Positions 51,305 to 64,000 of a DNA stretch of 64,000 nucleotides are shown in pieces (positions within the stretch are counted from its first letter, which is position 1; the number at the start of each line of letters is the position of its first letter). Made by a program: the position numbers and the translations under genes. Below the pieces are notes generated by a model, which ran no database searches, had not been told where the DNA came from, and was given only the letters and a program-made list of their open reading frames with translations. This stretch comes from Perna viridis (Eukaryota): the NCBI GenBank assembly GCA_037379345.1, contig CM074522.1, positions 15,686,001 through 15,750,000 on the forward strand. The letters are read 5' to 3'.

Positions 51305-53205
51305 TTAAGATGTACAAGCAACTTGAAATATGTCGGTCTAAAAATGTCAATCTGTCCTGGTGTAAAACAAATGTCAGTCTATCAGTCCTGGTCTTAAAAA
51401 CACCAATCTTGGTATAAAAAATGTCAGTTGAAAGTCATGATCTAAAAATGTGTGTCAGTCATGGTATAAAAAATGTCAATCTGTCAGTCCTTTCCTAAAT
51501 TATGGCAATCTGTCAGTTCTGGTTTCAAAAATAATAATCTCATTCCTGGTGAAAAAAACCTAGTTCCACATCTCAAATTGCAAACATCTGATAGAAAATT
51601 TCAAATTAAAAAAATATTAAAATTAGGACCCTGTCACATTGAGTGTCTGGTAGATTGTTTGCATGTTTAAGGTCTGTCTGACAAACAATACCTGTGATCC
51701 ATGTATATTTTTCTTCCTAATGTGAATTGTGCAGACCAGTGGGGATAATACATACACTGCAGTGAAGCTTATCTACCATTCATACAACCCTGACAGATTC
51801 CAACATTAACACTTTTTTTCTAATTAAACATATCCACCGTTAGAGAGTTTCAGATCCTCACCAAGATACAAAAAAATAAATTTTTCTGATAGTGCCACAT
51901 ACCTTCATGAAGTTTACATTGGAGTCTTATCTGACAGGTTCGTGTGATGTACGAGACAGTTTTCACTGAAACTTTAGTCATTTGGTTCACTACAGCTTAA
52001 GTATATGTAAATAGAGTCTTCAACATTTTTTACTGGTATTCTCTGTATCATGTGAATGTAGGTACCAGTAGTTGATTTCACAAAAAGTTTTAAGTGTAAA
52101 ATAAGTCGAAAGTAATGGAGTCACAGTGTACTCGCTCAACACAGTGGAGTCATAGTGTCTTCACACAATTCGGTGGAGGTGCAGTTGAATGGAGTCTCAG
52201 TGCCAAAATACATGCCGTGTCAACCCTCGACCTATATCAGCCCTGGTGCCTTTGGGGTGATAAATGAGTCTCGGGTAGATACCGTTTGTGATACAGATTT
52301 TGACATGTAATATTCAGTATGTTAGGAATATATTCCTTATTGGAAAGACTTCTGTGTTTTTGCATCGATATCTACAATGAGCTTTCGCTTTTCATTATCA
52401 GCCAACTACAAACTTGCATATTACATGAAAGTCGGTTTTCATTTAAAACTAATGTCTAACTGATTGTGATGTCTACATAACCATGTATTTCCATTTGACA
52501 ACAAAATGTCGCTGACTGGTTTCTGTCTCCAAATATGTATGTAAATAAAGCAAGTTCAGAAGGTCTTAAAAGTAACTATAGGGCTTGTGGTAATTTCTGT
52601 CTCAACCACCAAATCTTTATTATTATTTAAAAGTATGAAAATCGTGTCATGTCAAGGTGTACAACACTTAAAATAAATTCATCCCTCTGGAGCAAATAGA
52701 AATGTCACAACAAATCATGAACAATTTGGAGATATTATTGTCAACATTTGCGGTCAAGAAAAAGAACCATATTATAATAATTATGTGTTTAGTGAATAAG
52801 TTTTGTGTAGTATTGTAACAGTCGATCCTGTTTTGATAGAGCGCAAAATAAAAGAGGTCATAGGTCGTATCTCAGAAGAGCTTGACCATCGAGCCCTTGG
52901 TAAAACGCGTTTAGGGGATGACCATTTGATTCCAGGGGGAAGGGGGCTGGCAGTCTTGGTCGGGGCAGAATATTTTTTGTTTAAATTTGTAAATCAGAAT
53001 ATTTATTTTCAAATGCTATTAAATGTCTTGAATGTTTTCATCATATAAAACAGTTATATATATATAGGCTTATTTTGTTTTAAGTAGTGCACACCAGAAT
53101 ATTTACTTCACAATTTTTCCAGGTCATGATATTTGTTTACAACCCTACCCCGAATCAAATTGTCGTTCTATTATCTATCATACATGTGACCAATTACATC
53201 TTTTG

Positions 53206-53488
53206 TATGGTAGAATACGATACACCACCAGCAGAATCATTTATGGTAGAATACGATACACCACCAGCACAATCATTTATGGTAGAATACGATACACCAC
53301 CAGCAGAATTATTTATGGTAGAATACGATACACCACCAGCAGAATTATTTATGGTAGAATACTCCACCAGCAGAATTATTTATGGTAGAATACGATACAC
53401 CACCAGCAGAATTATTTATGGTAGAATACGATACACCACCAGCACAATCATTTATGGTAGAATACGATACACCACCAGCAGAATCATT
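53206..53488. repeat. Minisatellite, 36-bp unit x about 8
   Basis: Unit tatggtagaatacgatacaccaccagcagaattatt; one unit shortened to 31 bp. Confidence 0.95.
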
Positions 53489-53944
53489 TGGCTTAATATA
53501 ACTTTGTGTATTAATGACTTCAGGAATTGATTGAGTAGTAAACCTGTATTTATAAAAAAAAAAACCGTGGTTGTGTTTGAAAGGACCCAAGCTTTGACTT
53601 GTTCATACGAGTCTGTAATTACATGAGCTTGTCTGTAGCTGTAAGTGGTACTCTTTGACGCTCAATTATAGATCACAATAATTGGTGTGAGGTATGTAAT
53701 GAATATTATTTATGTGCATGTATTTTTCACATAAGTTATTAAGAAATCCTTGACCTTGAAACTTGTGCAATAAATCCCCTAAAAATATAATAAGTCTGAC
53801 ACCAGGAGGTATCGTTTATCTTGAAGTAATAGAAAATATATGTTGCACGATTCAATTAGACGTACAAATTACATGACGTATACATGCTTGATATTTAATA
53901 ATTTGTAAAGAATACTTGTACTTGCTGAGGGTGTTTTTAACTGC

Positions 53945-56330
53945 TTTGTCTGTCAGTCCACTCACTATAAACTATGTTTTTGTCTTGATACAATCATGTT
54001 TGTCAGTCCACTCATGATCACCGTTCACTATGTTGTCTTGATACAGTCAACTTTGTCTGTCAGTCCATTCACACTTCACTGTGTTGTTGTCTTGATACAG
54101 TCAGCTTTGTCTGTCAGTCCACTCACCATTCACTATGTGGTTGTCTCGATACAGTCATGTTTATCTGTCAGTCCACTCACCATTCACTATGTGGTTGTCT
54201 CGATACAGTCATGTTTGTCTGTCAGTCCACTCACCATTCACTATGTGGTTGTCTCGATACAGTCATGTTTGTCTGTCAGTCCACTCACCATTCACTATGT
54301 GGTTGTCTCGATACAGTCATGTTTATCTGTCAGTCCACTCACCATTCACTATGTGGTTGTCTCGATACAGTCATGTTTGTCTGTCAGTCCACTCACCATT
54401 CACTATGTGGTTGTCTCGATACAGTCATGTTTGTCTGTCAGTCCACTCACCATTCACTATATTGTTGTCTTGATACAGTCAATTTTGTCAGTTCTTTTAC
54501 ACTTCGCTGCCTTGTTGTCCTGATTTAGTCATGTTTGTCAGTCTACTGACCATTCACTATATTTTTGTCTTTATACAGCCATGTTTGTCTGTCAGCCCAC
54601 TCACCATTCACTATATTGTTGTCTCGATACAGCTATGTTTGACAGTCCACTCACCATTCGCTATGTTTGTTATCTTGATACTGCCAAGTTTATCTGTCAG
54701 TCCATTCACCATTCACTATATTTTGTCTCGATACAATCATGTTTGTCTGTCAGTCCACTCACCATTCACTATATTTTGTCTTGACAAAGTCATGTTTGTC
54801 TGTCAGTCCACTCACCATTCACTACGTTTTTGTCTTGACACAGTCATGCTTATCTGTCAGTCCACTCACCATTCACTATGTGGTTGTCTCGATACAGTCA
54901 TGTTTGTCTGTCAGTCCACTCACCATTCACTATGTGGTTGTCTCGATACAGTCATGTTTATCTGTCAGTCCACTCACCATTCACTATGTGGTTGTCTCGA
55001 TACAGTCATGTTTGTCTGTCAGTCCACTCACCATTCACTATGTGGTTGTCTCGATACAGTCATGTTTGTCTGTCAGTCCACTCACCATTCACTATATTGT
55101 TGTCTTGATACAGTCAATTTTGTCAGTTCTTTTACACTTCGCTGCCTTGTTGTCCTGATTTAGTCATGTTTGTCAGTCTACTGACCATTCACTATATTTT
55201 TGTCTTTATACAGCCATGTTTGTCTGTCAGCCCACTCACCATTCACTATATTGTTGTCTTGATACAGCTATGTTTGACAGTCCACTCACCATTCGCTATG
55301 TTTGTTATCTTGATACTGCCAAGTTTATCTGTCAGTCCATTCACCATTCACTATATTTTGTCTCGATACAATCATGTTTGTCTGTCAGTCCACTCACCAT
55401 TCACTATATTTTGTCTTGACAAAGTCATGTTTGTCTGTCAGTCCACTCACCATTCACTACGTTTTTGTCTTGACACAGTCATGCTTATCTGTCAGTCCAC
55501 TCACCATTCACTATGTGGTTGTCTCGATACAGTCATGTTTGTCTGTCAGTCCACTCACCATTCACTATGTGGTTGTCTCGATACAGTCATGTTTATCTGT
55601 CAGTCCACTCACCATTCACTATGTGGTTGTCTCGATACAGTCATGTTTGTCTGTCAGTCCACTCACCATTCACTATGTGGTTGTCTCGATACAGTCATGT
55701 TTGTCTGTCAGTCCACTCACCATTCACTATGTGGTTGTCTCGATACAGTCATGTTTGTCTGTCAGTCCACTCACCATTCACTATATTGTTGTCTTGATAC
55801 AGTCAATTTTGTCAGTTCTTTTACACTTCGCTGCCTTGTTGTCTTGATTTAGTCATGTTTGTCAGTCTACTGACCATTCACTATATTTTTGTCTTTATAC
55901 AGCCATGTTTGTCTGTCAGCCCACTCACCATTCACTATATTGTTGTCTCGATACAGCTATGTTTGACAGTCCACTCACCATTCGCTATGTTTGTTATCTT
56001 GATACTGCCAAGTTTATCTGTCAGTCCATTCACCATTCACTATATTTTGTCTCGATACAATCATGTTTGTCTGTCAGTCCACTCACCATTCACTATATTT
56101 TGTCTTGACAAAGTCATGTTTGTCTGTCAGTCCACTCACCATTCACTACGTTTTTGTCTTGACACAGTCATGCTTATCTGTCAGTCCACTCACCATTCAC
56201 TATGTGGTTGTCTCGATACAGTCATGTTTGTCAGTCAGTCCACTCACCATTCACTATATTGTTGTCTTGATACAGTCATGTTCGTCTGTCAGTCCACTCA
56301 TCATTCAAAATGTGGTTGTCTTGATATAGT
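53945..56330. repeat. 54-bp satellite array (about 44 monomers) with higher-order structure
   Basis: Unit tgtttgtctgtcagtccactcaccattcactatgtggttgtctcgatacagtca; a variant block recurs at 635- and 689-bp spacing. Confidence 0.95.
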
Positions 56331-56841
56331 CAGGCCTTCTCAGATTCCCTACGATTTCAATAGTGTTGGTAACTAAAAAGTTTGAATTGGTGAATTTGAT
56401 CAAATGTGATTTCACATTTGACAACGTTCTTGGACTGCATATCCAATATGAGGGTGCATGGTTTTGGGTGCCCTCTCGGTAAGATTGTTACATTTGCATG
56501 AAACCTGGAGTACATGCCCAATTCCCCGCAAAATGTCCACCTAGCTCAGCCCAGGTATCGTCATTTTTCGTACCCTCATTTAATCTGAAATCCTGGATCA
56601 ACCTCTTAACATTACTCCATGTGAATCATGTGTTATTTAAAATTTGTTTGACCTGCTATTATGCACATGTAGTATGCATGCCATGGATCCCACTGCATTT
56701 GCATTGAAACTTTTGCATATGATTGTAGATTTACGTAAAAACATGTTTATCATACTACATATTTATATATCTGCCCTAAAAGTATTTGTGGATTGGTTGT
56801 GCTACCCTATTTGCGTGTTCAACTTAAATATTAAAAGCTAC

Positions 56842-57047
56842 CATGGGTGGATCCAGGTGACGGGAAGCTGTATAGGCCAACACTTACAAAATCAGGGGTT
56901 GGCACCCCTTCTTTTTATTGGAAATTCTATCATTTTCATGCGTAAAATCGACAGAAAAATGGCTAACAATATTCTAACACATCGCCTTTTTTATGATGAT
57001 CCCCGACTGACACCCCTCATTTTTCAAAGTGTTTGGATCCACCCCTG
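56842..57047. mobile_element. hAT-like MITE (ca.gggtggatcca...tggatccacccctg)
   Basis: 14-bp imperfect TIR ending in cccctg. Confidence 0.6.
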
Positions 57048-57425
57048 TAAAATGCTATATTTTCATGCCAAAAAGATCAAGTAAATTCCTTTATAAAGCA
57101 TTGTATAATTCATACAAGTTAATACAATTCACATTTCCCATTTTTCTTAATGAAAAAAATGAGGCCCTGCTGGGTTTGCTTCCCTCTCTTTTGTAAATCT
57201 CCGGATTCACCACTGGCTTGCCCTAGACATATAGTGTTCATCTACTGTTTAAATAAGATCAAAATTTACTGGAGGGATTGTAGTCTGATGGACATTATTT
57301 TCTCTACATACTTTCTTCCTTGTAGAATACATGATCGTCCAAAACGATATCATTAGACAAAGGGGAGTAACTCAAAAGCAAACCACGTTAAATTGGTAAG
57401 ATTTATCATAGACGTGTGACTAACT

Positions 57426-57881
57426 GGTCTCAGTATCGTATTAATTTTCCCATAGACTTCTGTAGTGAAGTGCATATTTTTAGGATTTTTTAAAAAATAT
57501 GTAAATTGATTCAATAAAACTTTCACTTATGTAGCATTTCTAAGGACATGTGAAAAAATAATTTCCCGCAAAGAAAATAGGAAGATCGGACAGAAAAGTA
57601 GTCTCGAACTATAAATAGCCATTTTCCCTACTTTCACTTTCGTTTTGCACTCACCAAACCAACCTTTTCAGTGGAACATTTTTATGATATTATGTTAGAT
57701 TTTCTTTTAAAAAAGTTCTTCATCTTACAGTGTGATGTTTGCTCTATTTTATAAGTCATTGTTCATATCTTTTGACAAAATATTAGTTTGTAGAGAGGCA
57801 GAAAGAAAATGCACTATATTTTTATAGCATCCATGTTTTGACGTACACCTGCTCAGGGATATGCAATATGATACTGGTACC
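57426..57881 (+). mobile_element. 456-bp TIR-bearing repeat, copy 1
   Basis: ggtctcagtatcgtatt ... aatatgatactggtacc (17-bp imperfect TIR); near-identical to 59136-59602. Confidence 0.8.
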
Positions 57882-59135
57882 TATTACTAATAAACATTTC
57901 AATATAATCATAAAAGTTGTTGTTTTTCTGCTAGAGTATTCATTTTCATACTGAAAATTCAGAACATCATTGCCCTGCTATAAACATGAGTTTTCTATTA
58001 AAATTTTTATATAGGTACCCTATTCCAGGCATGAGACTAATATCTCAGTGTTAGCCAGAAAATATTACTTTTGATAAAAAGCTGCTTCATTAGTCAAACT
58101 AAGCAAATTTGTGGTTTATTCTGACATGGTAGATACATGAGCTGTACTATGAGTTCCAAATCATTATTTAATCCCCACTTGTGACTTCCATATATGGAAA
58201 TATTAATATTCGAACCTCTGTTTTTGTCTTTAACTCAAGGGAGCCTCTTGTTTAAAGTAAAGTATAATGACTGGTACAACCAACTGTTTTAAACTATAGA
58301 TATGGTCATTTCAATTATAATAAATCCAAAAAAAATTATACCAATATCATAGTTTTAAAAAAATATAGCTTTTCATATGCAGAAAATACAGATTTTAAGC
58401 CATTTTGGTACCCCAGGCAGATACAAAAGGACCTCAATATGACAGGAAAAGGACTTTTTCTTTAAAACAGATAGCTATGATGCAAGAAAAATAGTTTATT
58501 GGTATAAATATTATAATAACAACTGTCTGCTTTAGATACTTTTTGAAAAAATTCAGTTTTTATATGAAAAAACACCTTTATTTTTCTTGCCGCATTAGAA
58601 TCTGTCCATTTGAACCACTAAAAAAAGTCCACTAAATAATTGGCTGTTGACTTTTGTGACATTTCTGTGTTTAAATCAACCACACAGTTATATGGCAACT
58701 CATTTTAGCTATTTATTTGAAAGAAAAACAAAAAATAAAAAAAATATTCATTTTTTCATATATAAGAGGCAATGTATGGAAAATGACTATTTTCAAGTCC
58801 TAACCACATACTTAAAATGTGTTGTAACTTGAAAACTATCCTTTATGCAGGAGTATTACTTGCTTTAGGTTACATGAATATAGATATGCTCATCATAAAC
58901 AGTCAAGATAATAATTTTATTGAACTGATATTATACAAATTCATGAAAACAAAATGCATTTCCAAATTTGGTAAAGATTAACCATAAATGCAAAAAACCA
59001 GAGCTACCATAAAAAATCAGGTTCAAAAGTTGGCTAATTCATCTTAAAAGTGTTACCTGCATTGGGGTACTACTTTTTCAGCTGGTATAGACCACTTGCT
59101 GAATATCCAACTTTACTTGAAAAACTGGCTTACTA

Positions 59136-59602
59136 GGTCTCAGTATCGTATTAATTTTCCCATAGACTTCTATAGTGAAGTGCATATTTTTAGGATTTTT
59201 AAAAAAATATGTAAATTGATTCAATAAAACTTTCACTTATGTAGCCTTTCTAAGGACATGTGAAAAAATAATTTCCCGCAAAGAAAATAGGGTGAGTCCA
59301 CGAAGATCGGACAGAAAAGTAGTCTCGAACTATAAATAGCCATTTTCCCTACTTTCACTTTCGTTTTGCACTCACCAAACCAACCTTTTCAGTGGAACAT
59401 TTTTATGATATTATGTTAGATTTTCTTTTAAAAAAGTTCTTCATCTTACAGTGTGATGTTTGCTCTATTTTATAAGTCATTGTTCATATCTTTTGACAAA
59501 ATATTAGTTTGTAGAGAGGCAGAAAGAAAATGCACTATATTTTTATAGCATCCATGTTTTGACGTACACCTGCTCAGGGATATGCAATATGATACTGGTA
59601 CC
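59136..59602 (+). mobile_element. 467-bp TIR-bearing repeat, copy 2
   Basis: Direct repeat of 57426-57881 with an extra 11 bp (ggtgagtccac) and about 3 substitutions seen by eye. Confidence 0.8.
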
Positions 59603-60454
59603 AACTATAGAATAGGTACCCCTCCCCCCAATTATATGGAAGTATAATTTCATTACATTTATGTGATATGATACATATTTCTCAGAGTGTATTTGAAGTA
59701 CATGTAATATTTAAAAAGCTTTTCTGAACAAAGTAACAGGGACTTTATATTACTTTATATATTAAAAAAAACACAAACACCAGTATAACATTTTTCCTTT
59801 AGGACCTGTTAAAAATGAAAATTCTTTATTTTTCGTGTATGTAAGTATCAGTCTGAAAGGTGTCATTGTATGTCAAAAATCTACAAAATGCACTTTAAAT
59901 TCTGCTTCAGAAACAGTTCACACCCCATAACCAGTCTTAGTTTGTCAATAAGTTGTAGCACTTTGAGGAGAAAATATTAAAGATAGTGAAATATGAACTT
60001 TGAAAGAGTTATTGTTCTTGCTTTGGTTGATTTAATTTGGAGATAAATGAATGAAATAAAGATCTGTTTACAAAAATGTCTACAGTTACATGTATATAAC
60101 AATATGGTGCATGTAGACAGAAAAAAACATTATTTGTTTGGTGGTTTTTTTTTCTGCAAAAATGAATCAATTCTATCATTGGCAGTGGCTAATTTTTATA
60201 TGGACTGGTACTTAGTAAAGAAAATAATTCATATTCTCCAGTTTGGCAATTTATTAGCAACAATATCATAATGGTTCTGCAAAAAAAAACAAACTATACA
60301 AATAAATGGCAAAATTTACACTCCCATTTGATTTATGTGAGATAAATGTAACTATTGGTAAACATTAGACTTACAGTAAAACCTGCAAATCAGAACCTTC
60401 ATAGGCCTGAAAATTGATTGAATATTGTTTAACTTTCTATGGCAAGAGCGACTG

Positions 60455-60730
60455 ACCAATTGAACAGACCTTGCTTTGTTTTAGTCAGACATGCTGAGCC
60501 AATCAAACAGACCCTGCTTTGTATTAGTCAGACATGCTGAGCCAGGTATTTATTGTGCTAGTTCACAGAAATTAAAGCCTGCAGGCATGCATGCCCCAAT
60601 TTGGACACATTATTCTGAATCTGAGCCAACCAGACGACACTCTATCCCATTAAATACAGTGTGCATGGAGAAAAACCAGTGACTATCAATTTTAAAGTGT
60701 TGAACCCATGACCTCCCACACTTGAGACCA
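60455..60730 (-). mobile_element. Degenerate SINE-like remnant with a 43-bp tandem duplication at one end
   Basis: ggacacattattctgaatctgagccaaccag and gaacccatgacctcccacacttgag resemble, from memory, the reverse complement of tRNA-derived bivalve SINEs; cagacc.tgctttgt.ttagtcagacatgctgagcca is duplicated. Confidence 0.5.
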
Positions 60731-61460
60731 CAGAGACATAAAGGTTCAGATAAGGTAGATGTTTGGTTAACACTGGTTCAAAAATACATTGAAATAACCA
60801 ACTGTACAAAAGAATATAAGGAATAATGAAAAATAAAATCTATACTAGAAAACACAGGAATAAAAAGAAGATACATTGTACCTTAAGCTAGAAAATGACA
60901 TTGATTATAGAAAAATCCTTGAGATTATGATACACTTTGACATAATGCTACATTACCCTGAACCCATAATTAACTTCCTGGTTATGATTAGACTTTTTAC
61001 CTATATATATGTGATTTTTTTTTTATTTCCTTCCTGGTCTTTCTTTAAAAAAAATCAAAAGTTTTTATATTTGTAAAAGAAGCAATTAATTTATCAAAAA
61101 ATGCAATCCTGTCTTTGAATTTGATCCTAAACCAACCATAGTACAACTAAACGACTGAACTAGTAATCAACATAGTATAAATCTATATTTAAAAAAAACT
61201 AATTATTTTTGTTAATGGATTATGATGATCTTTCTTTTCCTATCCACAAAATCCACACAATATTTTACCACATTCATAACTAGGTGACTCTATTTCATTC
61301 AAAATAATGAACACAAAATTTTGGCAGTTCTTCTCTATCACGGCATCATATAAAACATTTAAAAGTGAATAATTGGCATTTTTATAATTAAGGTGTGAGA
61401 TATGCAAAGTACTAAAATACATCACAATTTCTACCACATTAAAAGTCTGGTACTACTAAA

Positions 61461-61671
61461 GGAAGTAAACCTAAGGAAAGGGAAACAACTCTTACAAATC
61501 ATTGGAACGTTCATATTCAGCATTTTACATCAATCTCATGTAAGCATCAAAGTAACTTGGACTGATTTCATTCTGTTTCAAATGAAAGCTTGATAGACTT
61601 GTTGAAATTCAATATGATACAAACATATTATTGATTTCAAGAGTTATGTCCCTTACCCTAGGTCTACCTCC
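61461..61671. mobile_element. Second, inverted copy of the 51097-51304 MITE
   Basis: Shares the TIR tgtcccttaccctaggtctacctcc|ttaa; internal catcaaagtaacttggactgatttc is the reverse complement of the first copy. Confidence 0.75.
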
Positions 61672-63174
61672 TTAAGCCAAGCCAGAGATTTTGGAAAAGG
61701 GAGGGGGTTTAAAGGCAATTACCTACTCATTTTTTAATTGGTTAATTCTGAAATGACAGCAATAATATAATACAAAATTGGTGATAAAATACAACTTAAA
61801 ATAAAAAATAAACAAAACATGTAAATATATAGAAAAAATATTTAATATAAACAGTGCTGGATCCAAAGAGGTTCTGGGGGTTCAGATCTACCACCTTTCT
61901 GTAGGAAAATTTGTGAATTTTGTGGATAATATGGGCAAAAAAGGAGCAAATAATAGTCTTGAACCCCACTTTTTCTAATACCTCTCTAGGACCCTCTTTA
62001 TATCATCTCTGGAGTTTTAAACATGTTTCTTTTGAAATAACAATCATTATTTTGTCTTCTGATTCACAGAACTACGAAATAAATTAAAGCATAATTTCAT
62101 TGCTAGTTATGCACTGGACACAATGTTCTATACATATGTTACACGGTAAAATGAATGTTTGATTAGCTGATGCTTGATATGATGAAATTTAAAACGCTAA
62201 CAATTGTGGCCATCAAAAAAAAGTACACTGTCAAAAATGCCACACGTGAGAATTGTTTCAAATGAAACAAATAATTACCATATAAATCAAACATGATATG
62301 ATTAAGATATGTTTACACATGATTATCATATGATTGTCACAGAATAATCATGTTTTTTCACATATAATAATCAAGTGTTAGCAAGCCAATATTTACATAT
62401 GAGAATCATATGATTATTGTATGTGGCACATAAGGCTGTGTAGAGGCAGATGTTAACATTTGAGTTACAGTCTTTCTAAATATCAGGCAACAAGTAAACA
62501 GAAAGAATATTGCATATATATATTAAGTTTAGTTAAAATCAGTAGGCCTTAAGTAGCCTTAAGTAGCAGTAAGAGTTTACAGACGTTAGACGTAGAACAC
62601 TAAGTGAGGGCAGCGTATTACTAAAAATACAAATATATTCATATTTAAAGCTGAAAACATTAGAAAAAAAATGAGGTAGTACTTGTCACCTACTCAGAAA
62701 TTATTGTAACATGTTTTGAAAACACATGAAAAACATTCGTTTCTCATATATCTCCATATGGTAAGAACTAACACTTAATTCATGAAAAAAAAAGTAAAAA
62801 CAAAGTAATTCTATGTCATCTATAGAACTTATTGTATAAAAAAGTATGATTTTCATACAATTTTGAAAAACAATTGATTTCATGTGATTTTTATTATCTT
62901 ATTTTAAAACATATGGAAACATATGTAACATATACTGCATTTTTTCTGGTGTGTAAAAAGATATTCTGAAAGATTTTTAAAATACAAGCATTGTGTAATA
63001 ACTTTTAACCTCCTTGAACCACTAAGTGGGAGGCCTCTTGAGTTGAAGGGGATGTTTTTCATGATATAATTTTTCACTTCATATTTTGAATAGAGAAATG
63101 ATATAAAGCAATTTACTCCATGTTTACAGTGAAATCTCCATACTGAAGGTTCCATTTAAGTTGCTTTGATTTTA

Positions 63175-63309
63175 CAGTGAAATCTCTCTAAACCAAACCA
63201 ATTGTGGACTGCAGAATTTGTTTAGTTAAGACCAATGTTTGGTTTAGTCAGGTTCATCTTAATTGATACTAAGGGATTCAAAAAGTGTCTGATTAGATAG
63301 GTTTCACTG
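63175..63309. mobile_element. Tc1/mariner-type MITE
   Basis: TA|cagtgaaatctctctaa ... tagataggtttcactg|TA. Confidence 0.65.
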
Positions 63310-64000
63310 TATTGAAATAGAGTATTAGCAAATTTTAGTGTGATCTCACATTCCTTGGAGTTTACAATTCAATTACCTTCCAGTTCCACTCCAAATTTAA
63401 GAATGGAGCTTAGATCTTTACATTACTAGTAATTATCTTTGGGATTATAGATTTGAACCTGAATGGTGAACTAATCCCTGATTACAGTCCAAAAACCCAT
63501 CCGCACAACTATTTGATGGATTGATAACTGCTGACCGAATGCTCACTGATTGATCTATAACCAATATACCAGTGACCAATCAACAGTTTTGTTACATAAC
63601 ATGATGGATGATCAGTTGATGTAAATTTTGGAATTTCCCACTGGAACAAATCCAATATAATACCCTATCTAATTTATCTTAAATTTTAGATATTAAATCC
63701 AAATATTGTATTTTGTTACAAATAAAACAAAGGTAAAATATAAGTAATTAATTGATGTTTACATCTATTGCTTTGAGTAAAAATGTGTAAAAATTGACGA
63801 ATGGAACAACGGAATCCGTAAAATATATTTACCGCTCAGTGGTCAAGTGATGTGATCACCAGTTTAACAGATCAGTGCGTGGGATCCATGACTAATCTAA
63901 AACTGATTGGTGATCAATCACCCATTGCCATTATAGAATGGATTTGTTCCTGTACAGTACCGAAATAACCTTGCCTGCCCAAGGAAAACTGATCAACCAG

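Noticed and set aside
51340-51560. Degenerate about 30-bp tandem repeats (aaaaatgtcaatctgtcagtcctggt)
   Set aside because: Too decayed to define a unit or function; ordinary low-complexity intergenic DNA.
53206-53488. 36-bp repeats as a CRISPR array
   Set aside because: Units are head-to-tail with no unique spacers, there are no cas genes, and the context is eukaryotic.
53996-56376. Cys/His-rich ORFs (MFVCQSTHHSLCGCLDTV)n as metal-binding proteins
   Set aside because: By-products of a 54-bp satellite that is stop-free in all three plus frames; variant monomers shift the frame, and no gene structure is evident.
63480-64000. Short inverted matches near the window end (ggaacaaatcca / tggatttgttcc)
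   Set aside because: Probably part of a repeat extending beyond the window; boundaries cannot be defined.

Overview
AT-rich eukaryotic genomic DNA. The repeat landscape (abundant TACATGTA, a HINE/Helentron-like element, short MITEs, a SINE remnant) suggests an invertebrate, most likely a bivalve mollusc; this is an inference. The window is dominated by one plus-strand gene, the orthologue of SPEN / split ends / SHARP (Msx2-interacting protein). I reconstructed 17 coding exons by hand between 10817 and 47741. All introns are GT-AG and phase-compatible, giving 14,110 coding nt (about 4,700 aa). They encode RRM2-RRM4, an RG-rich exon, a 9,869-nt giant exon encoding a Lys/Ser/Asp/Glu-rich disordered region, a Gln/Pro-rich region and the C-terminal SPOC domain. 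The start codon and RRM1 exons were not found and probably lie upstream of the window. A long 3'UTR (to about 49.9 or 51.0 kb) follows, then intergenic DNA with tandem repeats and non-autonomous elements. The most unusual observations are: (1) a perfect 52-bp inverted repeat pair 7 kb apart that brackets exactly three RRM exons, whose skipping would create a premature stop (candidate RNA loop-out/NMD switch or circRNA); (2) clustered VFDF/FGF acidic motifs in the giant exon that resemble cohesin-binding F/YxF motifs; (3) a 2.2-kb composite element made of two near-identical TIR-bearing direct repeats with an outer 4-bp duplication; (4) a 54-bp satellite with a higher-order repeat. No prokaryotic features (CRISPR, rRNA, operons) are supported.
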